Source: Camelus dromedarius (lineage: Eukaryota). Taken from it: a DNA stretch of 64,000 nt. This document shows, piece by piece, positions 1-12,169 of this stretch (position 1 is the first letter of the stretch; each line of letters begins with the position of its first letter). The position numbers and the translations under genes are program-made. The stretch is from positions 3,102,001-3,166,000 of the forward strand of contig NC_087438.1 of the NCBI RefSeq assembly GCF_036321535.1. Direction: 5' to 3'. Below the pieces are notes generated by a model. It worked only from the letters and a program-made list of their open reading frames with translations, made no database searches and was not told where the DNA came from.

Positions 1-200
1 ATTTGTTTTCTGTGTCTGTGAGTCTGCTTCTGGTGGTAAATAAGTTTATTTGTATCATTTTTGTCGATTGCACAAATAAGTGATGTCATATGATAATTGT
101 CTTTGTCTGACTCACTTCACTTAATATGATAATCTCTGGGTCCAACCATGTTGCTGCAAATGGCAGAATTTCATCATTTTTTATGGCTGAATAGTGTTCC

Positions 201-202
<2 letters not shown>

Positions 203-243
<41 letters not shown>
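203..243. repeat. (TG)n microsatellite
   Basis: Uninterrupted TG run directly visible. Confidence 0.98.
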
Positions 244-245
<2 letters not shown>

Positions 246-373
246 TTAGGCTTTTGGGGGGAGGTAATTAGGTTTGTTTGTTTGTTTATTGTTAAAGGCG
301 GTACTGGGGATTGAACCCAGGACCTTGTGCAGGCTAAGCACGCACTGTACCACTGAGCTATACCTTCTCTCCC
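244..373 (-). mobile_element. tRNA-Ala-derived SINE (camelid vic-1-like)
   Basis: Reverse complement reads GGTATAGCTCAGTGGTACAGTGCGTGCTTAGCCTGCACAAGGTCCTGGGTTCAATCCCCAGTACCGCC (A box, AGC anticodon loop, B box), then (AAAC)n and CCTAATTACCTCCCCCC; same layout as the copy at 18506. Confidence 0.9.
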
Positions 374-1819
374 GTTGTGTATATATGTGCACACTACATC
401 TTCTTTATCCAGTCATCTGTCGTCCATCGTTGGACATTTAGGTTGCTTCTATGTCTTGGCTGTCTTGGAAGCTTAACTTCAAATCCTAATTCTTCTACAG
501 ACTTCAAGAAATTCCTTTATTCTTGGCTGTGCTGGTGTCGTGGAGGCACCCCCGTGTCAGCGCCCTGAATGGACGAGCAGTGAAGGGGGTCAACCTGACC
601 TGTGTGGCACTGCCCTGCTTCCAGCTGAGCCCCTGACCACACAGGCCTCTGGGGCAGAAGGTGGATGGACTGTGAGGCCAAGCCAGCCTGCGGCTCTCTG
701 CCTGGCGGAAGGGAGAGACAGAGCAGACTTCTGTGGGAGGTGGGGACTCAGGTTTCCCTGGAGACATGGAGAGTGGCAGGGGTGTGCCAACCTCCAGTTT
801 AGTGGAGATGACATGATCCCACCACCCCATTATTACATTAAAATGCCTTGAACCTGAACACATTTGAAGGTGGGTCTCGGCACAGAAAGGGGGATTTTGC
901 CCACACGAGGAGGGCCACATGGCTGGTCTACGTGGCAAGTCTGGTCCAGGAGCTTCTATCCCCAGGGCCTCTCCATGGGGCTGGCAGGGCCCAGACCCGT
1001 GGCACATGACCCAGACACCGCAGCTCCAACCCAGATGAGCTGCTAACAAGGGGACTCTTCCTCAAATCTGCATAGATTCTAAAGCAAAATGTCCTGGCTG
1101 GCTCAGGACAATTCAATTATTTGTCATGAAAATAAAAGGGCACCAATAATACATAAGGCACTTTTTTGTGAAAACCTTCATTCTCCCAATGCCATGTTCT
1201 TCCCCCAATTCTTCCCTGATCTCCTTGCAGACCAGGAGCGACCAGGGCCAGTCAGTGACACCCTGAAGGGGGCTCCTCTGGCTTCCTGGCCTGTGGAACC
1301 TGGAAATGGTGCTCAGGGCCATGTGTCCACACCCAGGGCCCAGGGCTTGTTTCTCTCCTGGCGGACTTACCATTATGAGCAAGGCTCACAGGGACCTTGT
1401 TTGGGATAAGCCCCCAGCTTGGCTTTTCTTGCAGGCTCGAACAGTCTTTGGGAAAATTCTAACCTTTCATCAGAAGACTCATTCCCAACAGGCTAATGAA
1501 ACTGTTAGTCTGAGACCAGAGATGCATCCTCGGTGAAGACACAGCTTGGGTCACCATGTGTGCAGAGATCAGGGGGCTGACCTGGGGAGGGAGGATGGGG
1601 GAAGGGGCAGCAAAACGAGACCTCCAGTGACGTTGCTCTGCAGACAGTGTCCTCTGGGAAGCTGGGTGGGGTCCAAACACCCAGCAGTGGGGCAGGTGAC
1701 CAGGACTGGGATCATGGTTCCTGCAAGCGGGCAATTCTCAGCACCACGGGGAGAAGGAGCAGAGAAGTGGAGACAGCAAATGAGCCCAAGCTCCGGATCC
1801 TAGGCTGTACTCACTCTCC

Positions 1820-1870
1820 AGGAGAAAGAGGAGAGAAGGAGAAGGAGGAGGAAGAGGAGAAGAAAGAGAC
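1820..1870. repeat. Purine-rich (GAG/GAA) low-complexity tract
   Basis: ggagaaagaggagagaaggagaaggaggaggaagaggagaagaaagag seen directly. Confidence 0.85.
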
Positions 1871-1919
1871 AAGTGAAAGCAGATGGAATCTACATAAAGA
1901 AAAGCTTGTCTATGATAAC

Positions 1920-2180
1920 AAAAATACACACTGTATGACTCAATCCATATGATACCCAAGAATGGGCCAAACTCACTTAGGCCAGTGAAAGTCAGACCGG
2001 GGACCCCTGAAGAGGAGGGTTGATTGGAAAGGGCACCAGCGAACTTTCTGGATGGTGAAACCGTCAAACATCGTACTTGGTGGTGGTTACTAGAGCGTGC
2101 AATTGTCCAAATTCATTGACCTGAACAAACACCTAAGGTCTGTGCATTTTACTGTATGTAAATTATGCCTCAATAAGGAT
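1920..2180 (+). mobile_element. Old L1 3' end (L1MB/L1ME-type)
   Basis: actgtatgact...gggcaccagcgaactttctggatggtgaaa...ggtggtggttac...tgtgcattttactgtatgtaaattatgcctcaataa matches the recalled terminal L1M 3' UTR. Confidence 0.8.
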
Positions 2181-2884
2181 AACAATAATAAAACAGTGCT
2201 TGCTTTATTTGCCTTATTACTAGACCCGATGGCCATCGGATACCTTTAAACAGAATGGCTAAGTCGTGCTGAAACGTGACCCCAGCAGGCAAGAGCGGCA
2301 TTCATTTTCAGGTTTCTCAAGCATCCTCTTGTGCCTGTGACACAATGGAGCTACATGTAAATAAATAATGGTGGCAGCAGCGCACGGGAGCGCTCACTTA
2401 ACCTGTGAATCACAAGGTTATTTTTGTAGCTATGTCCTGTCTTCCCGAGTGGAGGGTGATTTATGGTTTTCAGCCAAGCGTCATCATCATTGTTCTCACC
2501 TTTGTTTCCATCATAGTTAATTAAAGGGAAGGTCATTGTCACCTTATGTTTTAAACCTTCTTAACATAATATATCACCCTGGGTACACTTTAATAAGGGG
2601 ATTTGTGAAGGAATGGTGTAATAGAAAAAAAGTTTACGGCATAATCCATCCTGTTCACAATTACACTTTAGCTATGACACATAATGAAAGTTAATACGTA
2701 GACAAAATGAAGGGTCTGTCCTGGGATTCATTCAAGTGTTGATTAATTGGCTGGGTGATGTAATGGAACAGGAAGATACCTAGCTTTTTAAACTGCAGGC
2801 ATATGTGGCCAAAACAAACTCTATTTAAAGGACAATCTCTCCTTCCTTCTTTCCTCGCAAATTGTCACCCCCTAAACAATACGA

Positions 2885-3020
2885 AATTAATTAAACAACT
2901 GTTTATGGAATGCCTTCCACGTGCCAGGCACAAGATGAAACCCGGAACACAAAGGGTGAGGTAAGATGCCGTCCCCTTTCCCTGGGGGGATCACAGACCA
3001 GTGTTAGTGCAGATACAAAG
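2885..3020 (-). mobile_element. L2 3'-end fragment
   Basis: tttatggaatgccttccacgtgccaggcac...gtcccctttccctggggggatcacagaccagtg resembles the antisense L2 tail. Confidence 0.55.
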
Positions 3021-3164
3021 GAAGGACAAATTATTTATTCTAAATGGTTACTCCTGGGGATTCCAGAATTAGTTAAGATTCATAAGAATGTCTGCAACAA
3101 TATTAAGGATGCCAAGCATATCTGCCAAGAAAATGTTAAATCCTCTCTCCAAAGCCATTTATTT

Positions 3165-3390
3165 TATTTAACAAACACTTATAAAGCACTTATTAAAAGA
3201 CAGGCATTGTTCTAAGCATTCTCCAAATATGAAGTCATTTAATGCCTACAATGCCTCTAATGAGGAAGGGACCGTTATTATTCCTATTTTATAAACAGGG
3301 AAACTGAGGCACAGAGCAACCAAGTCATCCACCTGAGGTTGTGTAGTTCTCCAGAATCTGAGCTCATATCCATGAGGCAATGCTGCCTCT
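3165..3390 (-). mobile_element. MIR SINE
   Basis: Core motif attattcctattttataaacaggggaaactgaggcacagag, preceded by aggcattgttctaagc and catttaatgcctacaa. Confidence 0.88.
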
Positions 3391-3900
3391 AAAATAAAAT
3401 TCTTTAGGAAGTGTCATAAATAATGACTTTTTACAAAATTTTCAGCTGAAAGGGGCAGTTTTGCATAAAGATCTTATAGAATTCTGTATTTCTAACAGTC
3501 TAACAATCCGTGGTCCTATTAAATACCACAACTCACCAAAACTAGAGAACCTATTGACCCATAAAAGTTAATTGCTGACACAGTGAAGATTTAGGAGATT
3601 ATGAGACGAGATGGGAAGATGTGTCTTAAAGCATATTCTCCTATGTACTTGCAAACAGGTGGGGGAAATATCAAATCTAGAATGAGGAATAGCTGAAGTG
3701 AAACTTCACACATCAAGGAAAACGCCATGGAGATTGAGGTCGAAGGGGTTCCTGAATGAAGACTCACTGTCCGAGTCACCAGCAGGTCTGTCTTTGATCT
3801 GTGTTCCCCTAGGATAAAGGTGGACGCAAGTCTGCATAATGAGAAAGTGAATGCAGCCTAAAATGAGTCCCAATGGCAATGGAGCATCAAGCATAAACAG

Positions 3901-4468
3901 TGTGGCGGACAGCCCTTAAGATGGACAGCAATGATCTCTGCTTCCTGGGGTGAGCCCCTGCCCTTGACTGTGGGCTGGGCTGAGGAACTCCCCTCCAGTT
4001 GACAGGATGCAGCAGAGGTGCTGGGTGTTAATTTGGAGTTAGGTTATGGAGACAGTGGCATCTGTCCTGGGTACCATCTCCCTCCCTTGTTCACTCTGAT
4101 GAAGCCAGCTGCCATGTCCTGAGGTGCTCCAGAAAGGTTCTAAGACAAGGAAATGAGGGTGGTCTCTGGTCAAAAGCCAGCAAGGAACTGAGGCCTCAGT
4201 CCAGTAGCCTTCCAGGAACGAAATTCTGCCAGAGGGATAAAATGGGAGGCAGATCCTCCCCATTTGAGATTTCAGATGAGATCACAGCCCTTCTGGAAAC
4301 TTTTCCAGCAACTTCACTAGAGACCCTGAGCCCCCAGATAAACTGAGAGCCCCAAGAGATGCTGCACCCACACCCCTGACCCACATAATCTCAGGGATTA
4401 GATAATGCATTGTTTCAAACCGATACGTTTTGCATGCATTTTGCTCTGGGGTGACAGGTAATATAGTA
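3901..4468 (+). mobile_element. MaLR solo LTR (MLT1D/E/F-like)
   Basis: Starts tgtggcggacag; contains ctctgatgaagccagctgccatgt, agccagcaaggaactgaggcctcagtcc, gagaccctgagc and cctgacccaca, all typical MLT1 motifs. Confidence 0.82.
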
Positions 4469-5539
4469 CCTGACTCCAGCACACACTGATTTGCCAAGAA
4501 ATGCCAAGTGGGGGAGACATTAAAGAAGAGGTGAGAGGGAGCCCCTACCTTCAGAGGGTTTACAGTTTAATGGAGGATGACAGCTGAGTCCGTGACACAA
4601 ACATTTCCTGAGAAAAGTCTGTCATGTCACTTTGTCAACACGGAACACAGGGGCCTCTGTGAATATGTGTGTAAAAGAATCAGCACAGGAAGCCCCAAGT
4701 GATGAGATGTGGGTGTCAGGTGTTCACCAGTGTATTTATGCTCCATTTGGTGTTGAAAGATCATGGAAGTTTTCTTAACTTTGTAGGTGGAGATAGGCCT
4801 GGAGGGTCTCCTGGAAACTGGGAGCTCTGTAGCCGTCTGCACTTCCGTGCATCTCTCCTTCGGATACTCTGCTGTATTAAAACAAGAAAGGACAGTACGA
4901 GGCAGGCCTGCTCTTCTTCCAGTAAACACTAGTCTAGCGGCTCCACGCAGCAGGCACGGCGCTTCTGCTGGAGACACAGACACACACACACGTGTGCGAA
5001 TACAATACGTCTTTCATGTATTTCCTCCTACACATTAAAGGAAATACCTTAAAATTTAAGATACATCATATACAAGCTGCCTGGTTTGTTCACCCGTTGC
5101 CTGTGCAGACGACCTAAAGATGGCCAAAGGGCTTCACACGTGGAACTGATCCTTCCTTCATAACCTGTGTCTCCAGCAGCTCCTCTTCACAGCAGTCATG
5201 ACATGGGACAGGATCCTGGGTACAGACCAGTCTGTTTCTTAGGGAAACATTTATACTTCCCAATAATAGGAAGAATAACATTTTGAGGTCCCTTTGGAAA
5301 CACCAGTCTAGTGGGACTCTCTTTCTCTCCTTGGTGTAGGGTGTGGGACAAACGCCCATGATAGCGATGCATGGATTCCTTCCAGCAAAGACTACAAACT
5401 GGCCTCGCTGGACCTTGCACAGATTGCATCCTTGCTGGCAAACCCTTTCATGGCCGTGAGGAGGAGGAATAAAGACAGGGTTCTTGAGATGGTACCGCCT
5501 CCCTGGAGCTGGTACTGAGAGGTACCCTTCACTACTGAC

Positions 5540-5705
5540 TGGCTGCCCGGCCTTGAGTGACAAGCTTCTTGAGTCTCAGATTCATTACCTATAAACACAT
5601 CTCACACTCACCTCATGACTACCTCAAAAAAAGGTAACTTTGGCAAGGCACAAGGCCAACCAACTGTCACAGGGTAGATGCTCAGTTTATAATGATGATT
5701 ATGAC
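5540..5705 (+). mobile_element. MIR fragment
   Basis: ggccttgagtgacaagcttcttgagtctcagattcattacctataaa...gtagatgctcagt is a diverged MIR core and tail. Confidence 0.6.
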
Positions 5706-6479
5706 TTCTATTTCTTAAATTCTATAGTTGTTCTTTCCATCACTGTTTTATTACAGTGGCCATCCCTGAGTCTCGACACCAAAGTGAAAACTCTATACTT
5801 GAGAGATGGGGTTATGAAAATGAAAGCACAGCTTTGAAAGCATTTTAGCAATAAACTTGTGAAAGCCAAGTGGCACACTTCAGCTTCGTTCACCCGTGGA
5901 AAGACTGAGAAGACTTCCCAGGCAGAAGCCGCGTCCTTTCCCCCATCTGCTCCGTCCCGGGTGCCGTGGCCGACGCAAGTCGGCCCTCAGTAGCTGTCAA
6001 AAGACTGGATTCTTCAATGCCTCTTGATGGCTAGAAACTTCATCCCTTTTAATTACCTTTGGGAACGTTTCAAGGCGATGGAATTTCCCTGAATCCCTGG
6101 CTGGAAGGATGGCTCCCTCTTCCTTGGCTTACTTTGAGGAACAGAGGCAGTATCTTAGATGGGCTAAGTTTGAACTTGACTCCACTGGTTTTATTTTTCA
6201 GGAACAACTGGTCTTGCTCAATAAATATGACCCAGGGATGAGCACGACGTCCTGAGGCCCCAGGCCTTGAGGCGTCTGCTCTGTAACAGCATGGACGTGC
6301 ATACTCGCGTCATGACTGGAACTCAGGCTCTTCTAGCAAGTCAAGGAGAGAAGCTGAGCCTCGGCCCCAGGAGGTGGGGCAGGGCTGCAGGCCTCCGAGG
6401 GGCGTCCCTGCGGGTGGGGAAGTCCTCTCCCCGACCACTGAGCTCCCTGCCCGTGTGTCCTCCAGCTCATTAGGACCGA

Positions 6480-6710
6480 TGAGTCCATGTCTGGCAGGGC
6501 TTCCTCATGGACAGTTTCTATTAATTTGTTTCTCTTATGACTGGGTCATACTTTCCATGTCTTTGCATGCCTCATAGTTTTTCTGTTGAAAAGTGGATGC
6601 TTTTCATATTATAATACAGCAATTCCTGAAGTCACATGCCCCTGCCCCCGCCAGTGTCCGCTGTCGCTGCCGCTTGTGGGGTGTTGCTTTTGCCTGCTTG
6701 GTGGCTGCTC
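6480..6710 (-). mobile_element. Old L1 5'-region fragment (L1MC/MD-like)
   Basis: gggtcatactttccatgtctttgcatgcctcatagtttttctgttgaaaagtgga resembles recalled antisense old L1 sequence. Confidence 0.6.
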
Positions 6711-9199
6711 CAGGTTGGAGCCTCAGTTTTCATGTCTGTGAAATAAAGTCAAGTCTGATTAAATTTTGTCCTTTTCTAAATGGTAATCATCCGTCTCACA
6801 ACAGAAGCAACAACCAACTCTTCCTTCCCCGACTCTGAGGAAGAATAAATAATGTCTCCTTTGCAGCCACATTGCCCCTTCCGGGGGAAGCCTTCTCACT
6901 GAGAGTCTAGTAGCCAGTGTGGACTCCCACAGGCGTGGTGTGCCGAGGACGCCAAGCTCTGTTATTGCCCCTTGTCAAATCGGGCCTGACGACACAGGGG
7001 GATACAGAGATTATTCTGTGTTGGGCAAAGAGCAATGAACTAAATAGCGAACTTCTGTTCAATAAACTTGCAGCTAATCACATAGACGCCCTCCGTCTGC
7101 GGTCCCTTCCCTCCCCAGCTGACTCGCCGTTTCCTGGGCCCCTGAGACAGAGCCGCTTGCTAATCAGCCCCTCAGGGATGCCCCCCAACTCGACTCTGGG
7201 GGTGCCGCAGGAACCTCGAGGGAGGAAGGGCTCCCCGGTGGTTGTGAAGTGCCCCCTGTCCGTTTTCCCACGCCGTGAGGGAGGCGTGGTTTGGCGAGCT
7301 GCTCTTAGGATCCATGTAAAGAGGTCCGGTGCATCTCTCCGCATCTCCAAGGGGAAGGAAAACCTGCATGAGGCAGCCACTACCTGAGTCAGCCCAGCAG
7401 GACGAAAGCGGTGTTTTAAATGCAGTTTAGACGACCCTGGCTCCTTTCTGCCTGGCAGAGAGTAAACAATTCTGCAGGAAGAAGCTTCTCTGAGAGTCAT
7501 GCCTAGTGGCCACATCCATATCTGCCTGTCTCACTCCTCCAGCTACTCTCATACGACATCCCTGAGCTTCTTAACTGGCTGCTAGAAGCCCCATCTTTCT
7601 GGACACAGAGTAGAAATCTAACGGGTCTGTTACCCCAACTCCGTGGCACAAGAAACTCACGGATGATTTGATAATAATCCAAACCTCAACCTCTCACATA
7701 ATATTTTAAGTATAGGCAATGCAATTTTCAGATAACTTAGTAATTTTTTTTCAGATATTGTAGTGAAAATTATTTGATTAAAATGTATGTTTCAGGATTG
7801 CTAAACTGCTTTAAGCAGTGACTTACAGAACACCCGCCCCCCCCTTTTTTTTTTAAGTTTTAGCTCATTCTAATCAGCCAAACTTTTCTCCAGCTTTGAT
7901 CTCTGTCTTAAAATCTCAGCTGGGACCTGCTTTGTCATGTTCACACTAACGACACGATGACAGTGTGATTGATTTACCAGGACGAGTCTATTTGATGTTC
8001 TGTGAGAATGCTGCCCAGCAGACCAGACGGCACTATTTTCTGTGGATTTCAGCAGGCCTGGGCACTAAGGGTTCGGCTTCTCGAACGTGCTTCACGCAGC
8101 CGGGCACATCTGAGAGGATGCACACACACGCAGGTGTGCATGCGTCTCCAGCTCTGAGCCCTTCCACGGTCTCCAGTGACCACGATTAGTCCCTGCAGTT
8201 TTGCGCTTCTTTGAAGTAAAGTATAGTTTGCTTCCTGACAGAATGACCGATTTCCTAAGATAATAGTTCATGATGAGTTCAAGGGGTTCTATCCAGCCTA
8301 AGGGTTTCATGGTCTCTCCTGGGTTTAGTGAATATTTCCCATTTGGCATCACATTTCCCACTTGATGACATAGGATGTACCTCCCTGGGCACATATTTGC
8401 TTATCTTGACTTTGGGTGTCTGTATTTTTACAAGCCAAATAGTAACAGGGAAAGGCCAGGAATGGGTGTGGTCATACAGAGGCTGAGCTCTCTGACACAC
8501 GCAGGGCTGTGTTGAGGGGTCCGTAGCTGGGATATGCCACTGAGGACATGAAGATGGAGACCTGCTGTCTGAGGAGGGACAAGCCCCCCACGTGGTGCTG
8601 GCCCGCAGCTCCCTCTGTATCCAAGCTCCCACCTAGAGGATGTGAAAACCGTAGGGTCACTTTGGTGGAAGGTACAGTTTCAATACATTCGCACAGAGAA
8701 ACTAAAAGCACAAGACTTCTTATTGCTTACAGATACCCAAATGGGGTGATCTGTACATTGGGGTAGAGGTCACCAGCAATTCTAAGTGGTTATTTTAAAA
8801 AGTGCTCTGGGAAAAGCAAAGTGGGAATTTGTGGCAGGAATCCTAAGTTCAAGCCCTTATCTAAATGTTCAGCCTTGGTGTGAGCAGAGTTGCCACACTG
8901 TCAGATGCCCAGGTGGCAACTCAGAATAGCTGTTTTCTCATCACAAGGGTGGGGTCAACCATGAAGCCACACCAATGTGCGATCTGATGGCGGGCAACCT
9001 CAGGAACTACAGGAGGGTCACTGAAAGGCATGGAACTTAGAAGAGAGTAGAGATCAGCAAGAAAGAGCATCTTTGGTTCCTCTGGGGTAGGGGGTGATGC
9101 ACCACACACTGTCACCCCAGGAGAAGCCCCCTGAAAACACTGACAGAATGCTCAGATGGTCACTGACTCTCCTAAAGCCAAAGCAGCATGAGAACCCAG

Positions 9200-9580
9200 A
9201 ACTAACTTCATCTTGACTGGGCCACAGGCACCCAGCTCTTTGGTTAAGCAAGGCTCTCAGTAAGTCTGTGAGGGTGTTCCTGGAGGTGATTCATATTTGA
9301 ATTGGTGGACTGAGAGAGGGGTTGACCTCCCCAGAGTGGGCAGGTGTGATCTTAGCCATTGAGGGCCTCAAAAGAATTAAAGACTGAGTAAGAAAGAATT
9401 CTCTCTCTGCCTGGCTGTCTTCGAGCTGCGTTACTGATCTCCTCCTGCCTTCAGACTTGCACTTGGGCTGGAACTGTATCACCGGTGGTCCTGTGTCTTG
9501 ACTCCTCAGACTCCAGAATGTTATGATCCAACTCCAGGTGTATATATGCTATCGGTTCTGTTTTCCAGGAGACAAAATAC
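9200..9580 (+). mobile_element. ERVL solo LTR (MLT2-like)
   Basis: ttgactgggccacagg...gtctgtgagggtgttcctggaggtgattcatatttgaattggtggactgag...ttgagggcct...ctcctgccttcagact...tcggttctgttttccaggaga are MLT2 motifs. Confidence 0.85.
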
Positions 9581-9964
9581 CCTGTTTAAAGTTAAACATT
9601 AACTAAATTCGTGTTATATGTGTTGGGGGAGAAAATTCAGTGACCCACTCCCATTCAGTGCGTCCAGCTGCTGAATGGTTAGGGGATGTAGACACTGGTT
9701 CTGGGGCAGAGACTCTCCCTGCCCTGCGCTCAGGCTCCTACTGGGGAGGGGTCTGACTGACACGGGTGGTGCGGATGGAAGGTGGGCGTTGCTGGATCTG
9801 CTCAATTTCATGCTTAGCCTGTGTTCATTCATGCGTCAACATTAAAAATAAAACCTGCAGGGAAACAACGAAAAAAGTGATTGTCTGAGCTGCATCTTCA
9901 CCTGCTAGCTTTGAAATCTGTCTGCATATCGATATCTGACCATTATGCTCATTCCCTTCTTGTT

Positions 9965-10232
9965 TGTCAACACTTCCTTTATCTCAGCACTTCCTGTGTC
10001 TTTCAGCTTCCTGTGTCTCACTACTTCCTGTGTCTCAGCACTTCCTGGGTCTTAGCACTTTCTGTATCTCTCAGCTTTCCGCATCTCCACTTCCTGGGTC
10101 TTTCCACTTTCTGTGTATCTCAGTTTTCTGTGTCTCCACTTCCTGCATCTCCACTTCTTATGTCTCTCAGTTTCCTGTGTCTCCACTTCCTGCATCTCAG
10201 CACTTCCTGGGTCTCCACTTCCTGTGTCTCAC
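9965..10232. repeat. Minisatellite, 15-17-bp unit TCTC(AG)CACTTCCTG(T/G/C)(G/A), about 16 copies
   Basis: Units are directly visible, e.g. tctcagcacttcctgtg, tctcagcacttcctggg, tctccacttcctgca. Confidence 0.95.
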
Positions 10233-12169
10233 AAGTACTGATGGGAAGGCCCTGGGTCCCAGCCACGTGTCCTCTTGAGCTTCATCCCCACACCCCCTTC
10301 AGCAGTCACCTGTCCCATCAGCAGACACCCAGGCAGACTCCAGTCCCTCCACCCACATGGCTTCCACTCCACCCATCTCTCGTGCTGACCAACAATTTCA
10401 GGATGATGTCCTCGACCTCTTGTGGTCAGAACCCTCACGCAGGGAGTGCTTTGAGGTTTTCTAAGTCATTGAGAAAGACTAACTTCAGATCTCCCATAGA
10501 TGCAATAAACCTTCCTCAGAGAAACACATTCTACCAGTGAAAAGAGAAAAAAAAAATCATAAGGTGCTTACCCAATCCATTTTTAAATGTGGAATCAATA
10601 CAACCTACTAACATTGTTTCTAGGTTACCTTTAAAATGGTGCCGAGGGAAGGGTCTGTGTACATTAATGCATGCAAATAATTCAGGATTTAACAACAGCA
10701 TGGAGATTTTCTCAAAGGAAGAAACATATACACACGCTTTCTCACAGGCTCTCCAATTTATCATTGTATTCTCTTAAACTCTGGGGTGTTGCGTTTTAGG
10801 GTCCTATTAAATAAATCAAAAGAGCATATTATCTGAAATTAGGAACCAGACAGGACAGCAGCTAAAATTAATTCACCGTAGTAATCTCCTCCTAAGAAAC
10901 CCCCCTGAGGGAAAACATTATATGCCCATTTCCATGGGCAGAGATTTAAGTACATCTCTCCTATTAGCTTTACATGCCTAAATCCCTATGCATTAAAATA
11001 AAAATGCGTTCATCCTCTCAGAAGGGAAGACTGGAAATCTGCACTGCCCTCTAAATGAGTCCAATTAAATTTAATAAAGTTCCACATTACAGTTTAGAAT
11101 CAGATTCAACATTTGAGAGAGAAAACAGATCTAAAGACAGATGCATGCACGTACATCTCCAAAGAGTTCAACCCTTCCCTCGCCCGTGAAAAGAGAACCC
11201 TAGCTGGGTGCTGTCGACACAGATACATGCGTGTGAAAATCCAATCATCCTAACCCCTTCATCTTGAAGCTACACGTGCCAAAATAATAACTGTGTGCAC
11301 CAGAAGTGTTGTTCAACACCGGTACCCAAGTTCCATTTCATTTCACCTCCAGTGGGCTTGGGGTGGGGGCCACTCCGCGTGGTCGGGTTAGTTGAAGATA
11401 ATATGATACGGGGCTAGAAGCCCTCCTTGGATTTCAAACAGGTCAACTTGTCAAGGCTTTATGTGGGAGCCAATTACATTAATTTTCCACAGCCGCCAAA
11501 TACATATTTCATTTCCATCTCCCACAAGAGATGGGGTCCAGGGATCCTGTTTCGAAAGGCTCTTATCACTAAGTAACATTCATACCCCCAAAGGAACCCT
11601 TGGCAGCCGGTGGCCCATTGATGTGATTGAGCGCGGCCCAGGCTGCCGGTTGCTGCCCAAGAGCCGCTCACAGCCACACACGCTCGGGGACAATGGGCCT
11701 CCACGTCGGCCACATTGTCAATAAATTTCAATTACGCTAATTGCCAAGAGTTCAATGAGTGCACTTTGAAAGGGGGAGAAAGGAATATAAAAAAGGGAGC
11801 GTATGCCTCGTAGGGCTAAAGAAAGGGAAGTAATAAATAGCCTGTGTTTTCTAATGGGGGCATTCAAGTATTTTTCAACACGGCTTAACCGGATTTTACA
11901 AGCTGTTCCAGCTTCGGGGGTCCTGTCTTACATTTCTTTGTTACTGTCTCCAAAAAACATATACAGAAACTCAATTATGTGGTGGTATATTTCAAGGGAG
12001 ATTTAATTTCTAAGTAGCTTTTTTTTTTTTTTTTCAAACACATCAATCTGCTTTGCTTGGATGGATAATGTGCTGAGTGAATTTGGGGAGGCCGTTTCTA
12101 TGAACAAATGGGACTTGAAAAACTAAGGCGTAGGACGGTGAACGATTCAGGGTGGAGGGCCCAGTTCCA

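Larger units (their letters stand above)
1..463 (-). mobile_element. LINE-1 3' fragment (ORF2 C-terminus/3' UTR), interrupted by a SINE and (TG)n
   Basis: Minus-strand translation MEHYSAIKNDEILPFAATWLDPEIIILSEVSQ is the typical L1 ORF2 C-terminus; the L1 resumes after the SINE (catcttctttatccagtcatctgt...ggacatttaggttg). Confidence 0.92.

Noticed and set aside
5340..5520. Possible coding exon after ctctttctctccttggtgtag
   Set aside because: One open frame (CGTNAHDSDAWIPSSKDYKLASLDLAQ...) but no recognisable protein and no convincing donor.
9965..10232. CRISPR-like array
   Set aside because: Units are adjacent with no unique spacers, there are no cas genes, and the context is mammalian.
9881..10540. 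Longest ORF (219 aa)
   Set aside because: Read-through of the stop-free minisatellite; repetitive S/L/C/F peptide with no domain.
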